Part shown: piece after piece, positions 25,103 through 34,352 of the stretch
Layout of the letters: every line of letters begins with the position of its first letter
How positions within the stretch are numbered: the stretch's first letter is position 1
Program-made: the position numbers and the translations under genes
Notes under the pieces: generated by a model
Told to the model about the DNA's origin: nothing
The model's database searches: none
The model's input: the letters and a program-made list of their open reading frames with translations, nothing else
Source of the DNA: a virus
Lineage: Duplodnaviria > Caudoviricetes
Strand: one strand, 5' to 3'
DNA: 63,331 nucleotides
IMG/VR virus record: IMGVR_UViG_3300028585_000024
Location: 1-63,331 of that record

Positions 25103-27259
25103 TTACGTCTGCACACGCATTCCGAATTGAGCCACAGCGGCTTCGGCCGGCGTCCACGCTACTCCGGTTTCGGGATTGATGGCTGAGATCGAATAGCTCG
25201 GCACGAAGCCCGAGAACGCCACGAGATTCACGTCGATTGCCTGAGCGTCAAATCCCCACGCAACGCCTGTACCGAGCAGCAGCCATCGGCCATCGGGCAA
25301 AGCTGTTGCAGCAGTCAATGCGTCATTGGTGACAGGTTCCGGTGTATAAACCGTGGTGCCGTTTTGCGCGATAAAGGCGAGTCGCGCGACATTACTGGTC
25401 GTCGTGATGACAGTGCCGGCTTTGTTGTAGAACTCGTCACCCTTAGCGTAGGCTACCGAAACAAGGGTTGATCCGATTACGGCCGAGTTCAAATTCGGCA
25501 CACTCAATCCTGACCAGATCTGGCCGCCATCTGAACTTTTTCGACTGTAGGTGTCGTATCCGGCCCTGATGAATCCGCCAACGAAATAGATTTGATCGCC
25601 GTCCGATACCATTCCCTTAGCCGCAGCACCGGCAGCGCCAGTAGCCACGAGCACCCACGATGCTCCGAATGTACTGCTCCTGTAGACCACTGGCTGCGAT
25701 GCGCTCGTGGTAGCCACGAATGAACTCGTCTTGTCGGCGGCAACGCCAATGAAGTCGCCCCCTGAAACGATCACACCGAGGCTCCAGTTCGCTGTAAGAT
25801 GAACGTTGCCAGTGGGCGTGGTGCTCCGCGCGAACCTGCCGCTGGCACCAACGAAAACAATCCAGCCTTCAGGTGACACGGCGACAGCTTTCCATGCACC
25901 CGATCCAGTAAGGGCCAAATTAACAGCCGTCTCCGAATTGGGCTGAATTACGGAAAGAAGTCCACTACTTCGACCGAAAACCATGGCGCCATCAGCCCGC
26001 GAGGCGACGCAAAGAATGTCGGTAATAGTTCCGAGAATGTCGGTCCGCTTTTCCCATGTCGAACCGTCGCCAGCGAGACACTGATACACGCCGGTAGTCG
26101 TGGCGGCAAACAGGGCGCCGTCGCTGTGCCGCACGGCCATGTCGACAGGTACAGCGTTGCCAGGAATAGGAGTCATCGGCTTCAGTGCCGGTGTGCGGTC
26201 AGTCATGCCCTCGGTTCCCAACTGCGTGCGAAGAAGGGGGCGAAGCGTATGGTTGGCACCGTCAAGACTACCTGCCATCACTTTCACCGCAAGAGCATGA
26301 ACGAGCGAACCCGACATGGTTTCAGTATCAAGAATCGTTTCATAGATATCTTGATCGCCGACCGATGCCGCTTGCAATGATACGGGCGGCGCGTCGACGA
26401 GCGGTTGCGCCACAACAGCGGCATTGCTCGAATAGCCCGCTGGCCGTTGGAAGTCCGTCTCAACGTCAACGTCGGGGCGAACGCCGATCACGCGCGTAGT
26501 TGGTCCGAGGCGCGTGGTTGGCGCCACACCGTCATCCTGCAAAAGATACCAGTTCGAGATAGCCCAGCGACCAGGTACTCCGGTCATGGTTGATGCACCT
26601 GCCGGTGTGGTTAGTGCGTCGAACGAAAACGCGATGCTCTCTCGAATCAGAGAGAAGCTTTTCTGAAGAACGATCACGTTGTCCACCCACACGCGGATCT
26701 CGGTATCGCTAATCGTAAATTCGATGAAGGCCATGCGTCCCGGCGCCAGCGTCTTGTCGCTCAATGGTGCATCGGTTCCCCATCGGAACATGAGATCGGC
26801 GCTGATGCGAAACGCCTCATTGGCGTCGTCTCCGGTGTTGTCGGCGATATACCATGCTGCTGTCGAACCTACGGGGCAAAACACCCGCAAACATGGCACC
26901 GTCGTAGAAGTCATGCTTCGCACGAACTCAGGTGGAACGTACAAGCTGAAGCCGCCGATCAAGGTCTTGCGTGTAAGCGGCAGGCGCTTCCGAATAGCGC
27001 TGCTTTTTGGCGCCGTACTGAGCGGAGTCGCTGACGACGTGTGAACCAGCGCTGCGCGCCCCGGCGCAATTGGATCTTGCCGCACCACGATCCCGCCCGA
27101 CAGCGCAACGGTGTCTTGCGTGCCAATGGCGACCTCGTAACCACCTCGACGCAAATTGGCTGCGGCATTCAAAATAGCTTGCGTGTTGTCAGTGTTGAAT
27201 TCGTCATTCCCGATCACTTGCGGATACGCGATGAACGACTCGGTGTGTTGCAATGACAT
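25103..27259 (-). CDS. tail-tip/fibre paralog 4 with inserted propeller-like domain (candidate receptor-binding protein)
   Basis: MSLQHTESF start and FGMRVQT end match the paralog family; S.DGG..W/BNR-like repeats. Confidence 0.7.
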   Translation of the reverse strand: MSLQHTESFIAYPQVIGNDEFNTDNTQAILNAAANLRRGGYEVAIGTQDTVALSGGIVVRQDPIAPGRAALVHTSSATPLSTAPKSSAIRKRLPLTRKTLIGGFSLYVPPEFVRSMTSTTVPCLRVFCPVGSTAAWYIADNTGDDANEAFRISADLMFRWGTDAPLSDKTLAPGRMAFIEFTISDTEIRVWVDNVIVLQKSFSLIRESIAFSFDALTTPAGASTMTGVPGRWAISNWYLLQDDGVAPTTRLGPTTRVIGVRPDVDVETDFQRPAGYSSNAAVVAQPLVDAPPVSLQAASVGDQDIYETILDTETMSGSLVHALAVKVMAGSLDGANHTLRPLLRTQLGTEGMTDRTPALKPMTPIPGNAVPVDMAVRHSDGALFAATTTGVYQCLAGDGSTWEKRTDILGTITDILCVASRADGAMVFGRSSGLLSVIQPNSETAVNLALTGSGAWKAVAVSPEGWIVFVGASGRFARSTTPTGNVHLTANWSLGVIVSGGDFIGVAADKTSSFVATTSASQPVVYRSSTFGASWVLVATGAAGAAAKGMVSDGDQIYFVGGFIRAGYDTYSRKSSDGGQIWSGLSVPNLNSAVIGSTLVSVAYAKGDEFYNKAGTVITTTSNVARLAFIAQNGTTVYTPEPVTNDALTAATALPDGRWLLLGTGVAWGFDAQAIDVNLVAFSGFVPSYSISAINPETGVAWTPAEAAVAQFGMRVQT

Positions 27260-27270
27260 GCGTGTTCTCC

Positions 27271-28281
27271 TTAACGAGCGATGATGCCGAAGTTCGACGA
27301 TTCGACCAGGTTGCGATTCCAGTCCTGACCACCTGGCGCCTGCTCGAAGATGCGCTGCTTGTATGCGTAGGCGGTGTCGAGCGGAACCTGGATCTCCTGA
27401 TCCCCGCCGACAGTCCCAACGGTCATGCCGAGCTTACGATCATCCAGGTCGCCCTTGCGCGCGTATGCGACCAGTGCCACGGCGAAGACCTTGTTGTCGT
27501 TCGGGAGAACCACGTTAGACGTGAACTTGTCGACGCGCCCTTCGACGTTCGCTTGCAGATACGGCGCACCAGCGCGGCCGGGATCGAGTTGCGACAGGAT
27601 CGCCGAGTGCGTGGCGGTCGAGTTCACTGGCGTCCACTGTGCGGTCACGTCGGTGGTCGGCGAGCGCGTGATGATCTGGATCGGACCGATGCGTTCGTTG
27701 TTCGTGCCGCCCGAGTTGTCGAGAGCGTAGAAGTCGTCGATCTCGATGGTGCCGGCCGTGGCCGACGCAGACGACATGCCCCAGGTGATCGTGTACGCCG
27801 AGCCGACACCACCAGGCAAAGGGACGGTGAGTTGCAAGGTGTCGTTGGCCCACACGCGCACTTCGTTCGCGGTCTTGTCGACCTCGATCTCAATGTACCA
27901 GAAGGTACTCAGAATAATCACGTCCTGGCCGAGCGTGGTCCCGACCTTCATCTTGCCGGTGGTCGTGTCCCAATCGAGGTCGATCACGCCAGCGATACGC
28001 GCAAAGCGCAAGCGCGACGCGACGCCACGGAATGAGAAGCCGAAGACGACCAGGGTGGCCGCGCTGTCGACCGTGCGACTGAATGATGGCGGCGTCGACG
28101 CGGAGGCCGCAACGGTCATCTTGAGACCCAGCGATCCCACGTCCTGACCGTCGACGATATTGAATGTGCTGTTGGTCGCGTTGGCGACCGTGTAGCCGGC
28201 CGCTTGCAGATATCCGACGATGGTGATAGCGGCGGCACTCTTGTCGGCGTAATGGTCGAAGCCATCGGTGTGAAGAAGCAT
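27271..28281 (-). CDS. tail-tip/fibre paralog 3
   Basis: MLLHTDGFD start, WYIEIEVDK, DDFY, FGIIAR end. Confidence 0.75.
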   Translation of the reverse strand: MLLHTDGFDHYADKSAAAITIVGYLQAAGYTVANATNSTFNIVDGQDVGSLGLKMTVAASASTPPSFSRTVDSAATLVVFGFSFRGVASRLRFARIAGVIDLDWDTTTGKMKVGTTLGQDVIILSTFWYIEIEVDKTANEVRVWANDTLQLTVPLPGGVGSAYTITWGMSSASATAGTIEIDDFYALDNSGGTNNERIGPIQIITRSPTTDVTAQWTPVNSTATHSAILSQLDPGRAGAPYLQANVEGRVDKFTSNVVLPNDNKVFAVALVAYARKGDLDDRKLGMTVGTVGGDQEIQVPLDTAYAYKQRIFEQAPGGQDWNRNLVESSNFGIIAR

Positions 28282-28298
28282 GATGTGGATTCCTTTTG

Positions 28299-30176
28299 TT
28301 ATGGGCGGACGGTGATACCGAACGGGGTAGATACTACATTATCTGCGGTCCAGGCCACGTCGCCGGGCGCCTTCTCGAAGACCGCGTAGCTGTACTCCAG
28401 CGTGGTCGAGAGCGTCGTGTCGATCACCTCTTTTTGGAAGTTCCCGCTACCGACCACGAGGCCAAGCTGGCGATTGTCCAGGTCCGATTTCTGTGCGAGC
28501 GCGATCACGCCCACCGCGATAATCGGCGCATCGGCTTCGCCGGCACCAGCGGGCAGCGGCGTGTTCGACGCATAGATATCCTGCGCACCTGAGACGGCCG
28601 AGCGCACGTAGCTGGAGTTCGACGGTGGCAGCAGGCCGACCAGCGGCCAGTGCGGGCCAGGGTCAGATGGCGTCCAGTTCACGTCCACGTCGGCGGTCGG
28701 CGCGCGAAGCGGGATCGAGATCGGACGCAGCCGGCCGGTGAGCGCAGATCCGCCAGCGGTGTCGGCGTCGAGCAGGTACAGGTCGTCGAGCATCGCCACG
28801 GCGCCGTTCTCTGCCTGCCAGGTCAACACGTATGTCGAGAGTGCTGCGGCGCTGCCAGGCAGAGGTGCGGTGAGGTCGAGCGTGTCGTTGACATACAGGT
28901 TCACCACGTTGGCAACCTTGTCGATCTCGATCTCGTAGTAGTACCAGACATTGCGGATCGGGACCGACGCGCCGCGCACGCCCAGGATCTCGATACCGGC
29001 CGGCCAGTCGACGTTGAGCAGGTTGGCGATGGACAGGATGCGGCCGCGCGCGGTTGCCTGGTGTGCGAAGCCGATCACCACGCGGGTTTGCGTCGACACG
29101 AACGTGCGCGAGAACGTGGTGGGCGGCGCCATCGAAACGTAGATGGTCGCGGTGTCCGAAGTCAGACCGCCGCGCGCGCCGACAACAGCCCAACCGACTT
29201 GCGCGCCCGACGAGACATTCACGTCGAACAGTGCATTCGTGGTGCCGGTGAAGGCCGGCCGCGTCCAGGTGGTCGTGTCGTCGCTCATGAAGATCGTTGC
29301 GTTGTCGCCGACCGCGATCCAGCGACCCTCGGACACCTTGATAGCGTTCATGTTCGATGAGACTGGCGGAAGATCCTGCGCGGCCGTCGTCCAGGTGACG
29401 CCCTTGTCGGTAGAGCGGCGAATGTTGCGCGCGGTGACAGCGAGCCAGGTGCCGTTGCTGAACGCGATGTCGTTGATCGCGGTGGTGACGCCTGACGTGC
29501 GGTCGGTGTAGCCGAGGCCGTTATCCGAGGTGAGCAACTGACCCTGCACGCCGCCCACCAGCCAGGCGTCGCCAAACTCGACACACAGGTTCGCGCGCAC
29601 GCCGGGATTTTCCGACACGACGCTCCAGGTCATGCCGTCATCCTCGGACGAGATAATGGCGCCGGCCGTACCGTTGGCACCGACCGCGATCCAGCGTGGC
29701 CCGCTGCACGCCGCATCTGCAATGCTCATGGTCGGGATCGGCGACGTGCGCGCGCTCCATACCTGGCCGTCCCTCGACCGCAAGATCGTGCCGCCTTCAC
29801 CGACGGCGATGAAGGTGTCGTTCTTGCATTCGACCGAGCGCATGTTCTTGTCGGTGCCGAGCACAAGCGTCGCCCAGGTGATGCCGTCGACCGACGTGAC
29901 CGCGATGCCGCCATCCCCGACCGCGACGAAGCGGCCTTGCGAGTTCGCCGCCACGCCGCGCAGATTGGCCTTCACGTTGTTCGTGCGCGCCGACCAGGTG
30001 GAACCGCCAGCACCGGGTGACACCTGCAATTCCAGCGCGTGTGATGCAGGCTTGCGACCAGCGGCCATCGCCAGGCCGTTCGACACCGCGTAGCCGGCCG
30101 ACTGGAGCGACGTGAGAAGTGCTTGCGCGGCCTGGCCCTGGAACTGGTCGAAGCCGTCGATGTGTTTGATGCTCAT
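28299..30176 (-). CDS. tail-tip/fibre paralog 2 with inserted beta-propeller
   Basis: ATG 30176 with AAGGA RBS; MSIKHIDGFD start; repeated F/W.AVG..G.I..S.DG.TW blades. Confidence 0.75.
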   Translation of the reverse strand: MSIKHIDGFDQFQGQAAQALLTSLQSAGYAVSNGLAMAAGRKPASHALELQVSPGAGGSTWSARTNNVKANLRGVAANSQGRFVAVGDGGIAVTSVDGITWATLVLGTDKNMRSVECKNDTFIAVGEGGTILRSRDGQVWSARTSPIPTMSIADAACSGPRWIAVGANGTAGAIISSEDDGMTWSVVSENPGVRANLCVEFGDAWLVGGVQGQLLTSDNGLGYTDRTSGVTTAINDIAFSNGTWLAVTARNIRRSTDKGVTWTTAAQDLPPVSSNMNAIKVSEGRWIAVGDNATIFMSDDTTTWTRPAFTGTTNALFDVNVSSGAQVGWAVVGARGGLTSDTATIYVSMAPPTTFSRTFVSTQTRVVIGFAHQATARGRILSIANLLNVDWPAGIEILGVRGASVPIRNVWYYYEIEIDKVANVVNLYVNDTLDLTAPLPGSAAALSTYVLTWQAENGAVAMLDDLYLLDADTAGGSALTGRLRPISIPLRAPTADVDVNWTPSDPGPHWPLVGLLPPSNSSYVRSAVSGAQDIYASNTPLPAGAGEADAPIIAVGVIALAQKSDLDNRQLGLVVGSGNFQKEVIDTTLSTTLEYSYAVFEKAPGDVAWTADNVVSTPFGITVRP

Positions 30177-30186
30177 GTGATTTTCC

Positions 30187-31161
30187 TTATGGTGGTGAAA
30201 CGGTGATGCCGAATTGCGAAGCGAGGACTGCGGCCGGCGTGTCTTCGCGCGGCTCGAAGAACAGGTATTGCGTTTTCCAGTCGGTGTCGACCTCCGTGAC
30301 CATTTCGCGCGACGACATGCCGTCACCTTCGATGAACACGCCCAGCTTCGCGGCCAGCGTCGGCGCCTTGCGGGCCAGCACGACCACGCCAGTAGCGATC
30401 ACCGGGTTGTTGTTCACGAGCGTGTGGTCCGAGGTGAAGCGGTCCTCTGCGCCGATCTCGTTCGCGGCCACGTAGTTATCCAGCGGCTTCGGTGGGCGCA
30501 GCGACAGCGATGATGCGTGCGTGCCGCTCGTGGCCGCAGCGAACCACTCGACGTTCTGATCCATGGTCGGAAAGCGGGTCGACACGACAATCGGGCCGAA
30601 GCGCGCGGCGTCGCGAATGTAGAGATCGTCGAACGTCTTGGTGGCGTTGTCGACTGGCACCGGGTCCGCGTCGGGACGATAGACTTGCGGCAGAATGTAG
30701 CCGATGCCGACCTCCAATTCTTGCGCGCTCAGGTCGCCCTCGACCGGGTACGTCATGTCGATCCGGTTGTTGATCGAGAGGGTCACGGTGGAAGCGGCGC
30801 GATTGAGTTCCAGTTCATAGTAGTACCAGCGATTCGCGGTCGGCAGCGCGCCGCCAGGCTGATCGTTCAGGTACGGCAGGCCGGTGTCCGGGTGCAGCCA
30901 CAAGTTGATCTGCGTGTCGCCGACCTTCAGCCATGCGGCCGAGCCGCGCGTGTCGAAGATGTGGGCGAAGCCGACGCTGCACACACCTGTCGTCCATGGC
31001 ATGCTGCGAACGAGCGCCGCGTTGCGACCGGCCAGGCCATGCGCGCCGATGCGACCACCGACGACGCCCCACTGGCCGGACACCTGGTACTGCGCGCGCT
31101 CCAGTTGTTTGTTCGGCGCCGGGTCGTTCGCGAATTCCTCGAAGCCGTCAATGTGAAGCAT
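30187..31161 (-). CDS. tail-tip/fibre paralog 1
   Basis: MLHIDGFEE start, WYYYELEL, DDLY, FGITVSPP end. Confidence 0.75.
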   Translation of the reverse strand: MLHIDGFEEFANDPAPNKQLERAQYQVSGQWGVVGGRIGAHGLAGRNAALVRSMPWTTGVCSVGFAHIFDTRGSAAWLKVGDTQINLWLHPDTGLPYLNDQPGGALPTANRWYYYELELNRAASTVTLSINNRIDMTYPVEGDLSAQELEVGIGYILPQVYRPDADPVPVDNATKTFDDLYIRDAARFGPIVVSTRFPTMDQNVEWFAAATSGTHASSLSLRPPKPLDNYVAANEIGAEDRFTSDHTLVNNNPVIATGVVVLARKAPTLAAKLGVFIEGDGMSSREMVTEVDTDWKTQYLFFEPREDTPAAVLASQFGITVSPP

Positions 31162-31895
31162 CAGTTACCTCCGTTTGTTTGCAGGATCAGGCGCAGCGTC
31201 ACGCCGTAATCGCGGAAGCCGGCCGGTGGATTGTCCGGCATGTGGATCGTCAGCAGATCGTTCGTCGCGAAAGGCTTATCACCCTGCACCGTGAAGATCG
31301 CGAAGACGCTGTTCTGCGCGAACGTGATTGTACCAATCTCGGTGCCGTTCCTCCGAACAGGCAGGCGCACAATACCGTTCGGCGGAACCGTGCATCGACC
31401 GCGAGATCCGGCAGCGGTTGCCGGCAGCGTCATCGGCTCAGGAACCGTGAACACCAGCAGCGTTTCACCGGCCTCGGCCTCGTAGCCGACCGACATGGCG
31501 ATGTCGTAGCGCGTGCCGAGGATCGGCGTCGGCGTGTCACCCGACTGGTCTTCACCCAGCCACGATGCGCCGTTGAACCAGATCCAGCCGGCCGGGTTGC
31601 GCAGCCTGGCGCGCACGCCTTCGAGCGGTGTGGCGAAGATCCATTTGTCTTCGGCGCGCAGAGCAAGTTGACCGTCCCGATTGAGCCAGTCGCCACTTCC
31701 GCCAGCGGCCACGATGAACATATCGCCCATCTGCACGGCGCCCGGTGGCGGCGCGCTCTCGGTCATCGACTCGATCATCGGGTTCACGAGCATGTCGAGC
31801 ATGATGAAGTTGGCCGATACCGGATCGCCCCACCAGTCTTCGCCGCGCAACCAGCCTTGTGAAAAACGGAACCTTGCAGTCTCTTGTCTTGGCAT
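31161..31895 (-). CDS. DUF2793-like tail fibre protein
   Basis: APP....GD.FIVAAGGSGDW....GQLA......W.F..P.EG pattern. Confidence 0.7.
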   Translation of the reverse strand: MPRQETARFRFSQGWLRGEDWWGDPVSANFIMLDMLVNPMIESMTESAPPPGAVQMGDMFIVAAGGSGDWLNRDGQLALRAEDKWIFATPLEGVRARLRNPAGWIWFNGASWLGEDQSGDTPTPILGTRYDIAMSVGYEAEAGETLLVFTVPEPMTLPATAAGSRGRCTVPPNGIVRLPVRRNGTEIGTITFAQNSVFAIFTVQGDKPFATNDLLTIHMPDNPPAGFRDYGVTLRLILQTNGGN

Positions 31896-31898
31896 TAC

Positions 31899-34349
31899 TT
31901 ATTCCCCTTGATTGTCTTTCGTGTATGCGTCCCAATGGCGGTCCCAATTCATGTCCCAATGCGCGGCCAGGGCTGGATTCGGATCATCAGGATCAGGCTC
32001 AGGCGGCTCGATTGGATCAGGCCAGTCAGGCGGCACCTCGGGCGGTTCCGGTGGACCGTTGCCATTATCGCCGCCGCCATTATCTCCCGGCTCGCCGCCG
32101 CCAGTGTTATCGCCTGGTCCGGGTGTCGGATCGGTCGGGTTGGTAGGGTCGCCGCCAGTGTCGCCGTTACCGTTGCCGTTGTCGCCCGGAAGCTGACCGC
32201 CGCCAGGTGGCTTGCCTGGTGGGCAGGGTGGCGCCGGCAGCAGGATCGGGATCACGTAGTTCTGCCACGAGACGTAATCGTCGCGGATCGTTTCGAGCAC
32301 CAGGCCCACCGTCACGCGGCCACACACGTCGAGCAGCGTGCCGGCGCGGTAGCCATCCGTCATCGCCATCTGATAGCTGTACGTGAAGATCTCGCCGTCG
32401 ACGACCTCGTTGCGGACCGTCACCGGATACGCGGGATCGTTCGGGCCGGCGCCGCGCACCATGATCGTGATCTTCAGGCGGTACTTCTGGCCCGGCTCAG
32501 GCGCGCGTGTCGGCGCGTGGTGGTCGACCGCATTGCCGCCTTGCGTATCGCGGTTGCGGTGCCGCCAGGTGATCGTGGTGACTTGATCTTTCGCGATCTG
32601 CACGCCGTTGTACCAGGCCCGGCCGTTCACCAGCACTTCGCCTGGCGGATACGGGCGCTCGACGCGGAACTTCATGTCGAGGCGATCGGTCGGCACCTGG
32701 TCAAGATCCAGCGGTGGACCGTATACATCGGGGATCAGTTTCACTTGCGCCGCCGCGCCGAGCACCTGGTTCCTCGGGTCGACCGTGTACGGGTAGGTGT
32801 TCGGATCGTTGCCGGCCGCAGTCTGGAAGAACCACATGCGGGCATTCTTGTTGTGCTTCGCCGGCACCGTGTCGTAGACGCCGCGCGCGATGGTGAACGC
32901 GGTGGCCGTGCGCGAGACGACCATGACCACCTCGGCGTCGACCAGGGCCACCTGACCAGGCTGCACGCCGTCCAGGGAAATGCCGTCGTAGAACGACGAC
33001 GTGGCGATCTCGACCACCGTGTCCAGGTAGCCCACGGCAGCGCCGAGTGTCATCCATGGCGTGAATGCCGGCGCCGCGCGTTTCGCGTAATCGAACGATG
33101 CACCCAATCCGGCAGGGTAGTCGTACCGCGACCATAGCGTGTGAGAGTCCGTCAGACGGTCTCCAGGGCGCGCGGCGACCGTGACTAGGTGCGACCCACC
33201 AGTGGACACGCCGAGGCGCGTGAGGTGCGCGTATGGCGCCTCAAACAGATTGCGGTTGATGCCGGTATAGAACGAGGTGTGCTGACCGGCGCCCTCTTGC
33301 AGCGCACCGATGAACATCGCGTCGGCCGCGATCACGTTTTCGTAATCCTCGGCGTTCGCTTTCTGCATCGAGATCTGGCCCACCGACGCGGCCATCACGG
33401 CGTCGACTGGCGGGTATGGTCCGCTCGACTGGTTGATGTCGTCTTCCTGCGCCGAGACCTGGCCGAGTTGCGCCACGCGGAGATAGAACGCTTCCGGGTC
33501 CAGGTCGAACGGAATGGTGTAGCCCTGCCACGAATCGAAGTTGTCGCGCGTCGCGTGGATCGTCATCGTCGCCGGCATCAGATCGCCGTCCTCGTCAGGC
33601 AAGCTGCTGCCACCGAGATCCCCCATGGCCTGTTGCCACGAGTAGGCCCACGCCGGCTGACGCAATCGACCGTAGCGGTCACGCGGCTCTGCCATGATGC
33701 CGACCTCGGTGCGGCGCAGTTGCCCGCTGCCGTTGTAGACGCGCACGGTGTAGGTGGTGCCGGACTCGGGGCTGACGCCGGCATCGTCGTGATCGAGCAG
33801 CTTGTCGGACTGGATCAAGCGATTGCGGTGGACCCACTGGAGAAGCAACGCCGGATCATCCGCCGACAGCAGGTGCCGCTCGTACCAGCGCTTCGAGCCG
33901 ACGTACAGCCGGCCAGGTGGATACGGGCGGTAGAAGCGCCAGTTGAAATTCACGGTGTCGATCTCGCCCGTAGTGTTCGGGTGCATCGCGCCGCTCGGTG
34001 TGTACGGGGAATACTTGATCGAGGTCGAGTCGCCCGCGCTGTATTCGACGCCATCGGTGCCGACCACGCTCACGTCGATGAACCAGGCCAGTGAGTTCGC
34101 CGGGTGTTTCGCCGGCACCGTGTCCGCGCAACCACGCTTGACCGTGACGCGGCCAGGTCCGATGTCCGTCACCTGCATGAATTCGTCGTTCACCAGCACG
34201 GCCATGCCCACTTGCAGAGAATCGAGTCGCGGGAAATTCGAGCGGCCCAGGATCAGCGTGCGATCCAGGTAATCGAGCGCATCGTGAAGTTCGGCCAGTG
34301 GCGTGAACTGACCCTTACCGCCTGTGTTCTTGTAGTCGTCTTGTGCCAT
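31899..34349 (-). CDS. tail tip protein, paralog B (two repeat domains, Gly/Pro-rich C-terminus)
   Basis: two RG..DTVPAKH...W / RPYPPG units. Confidence 0.75.
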   Translation of the reverse strand: MAQDDYKNTGGKGQFTPLAELHDALDYLDRTLILGRSNFPRLDSLQVGMAVLVNDEFMQVTDIGPGRVTVKRGCADTVPAKHPANSLAWFIDVSVVGTDGVEYSAGDSTSIKYSPYTPSGAMHPNTTGEIDTVNFNWRFYRPYPPGRLYVGSKRWYERHLLSADDPALLLQWVHRNRLIQSDKLLDHDDAGVSPESGTTYTVRVYNGSGQLRRTEVGIMAEPRDRYGRLRQPAWAYSWQQAMGDLGGSSLPDEDGDLMPATMTIHATRDNFDSWQGYTIPFDLDPEAFYLRVAQLGQVSAQEDDINQSSGPYPPVDAVMAASVGQISMQKANAEDYENVIAADAMFIGALQEGAGQHTSFYTGINRNLFEAPYAHLTRLGVSTGGSHLVTVAARPGDRLTDSHTLWSRYDYPAGLGASFDYAKRAAPAFTPWMTLGAAVGYLDTVVEIATSSFYDGISLDGVQPGQVALVDAEVVMVVSRTATAFTIARGVYDTVPAKHNKNARMWFFQTAAGNDPNTYPYTVDPRNQVLGAAAQVKLIPDVYGPPLDLDQVPTDRLDMKFRVERPYPPGEVLVNGRAWYNGVQIAKDQVTTITWRHRNRDTQGGNAVDHHAPTRAPEPGQKYRLKITIMVRGAGPNDPAYPVTVRNEVVDGEIFTYSYQMAMTDGYRAGTLLDVCGRVTVGLVLETIRDDYVSWQNYVIPILLPAPPCPPGKPPGGGQLPGDNGNGNGDTGGDPTNPTDPTPGPGDNTGGGEPGDNGGGDNGNGPPEPPEVPPDWPDPIEPPEPDPDDPNPALAAHWDMNWDRHWDAYTKDNQGE

Positions 34350-34352
34350 GGG

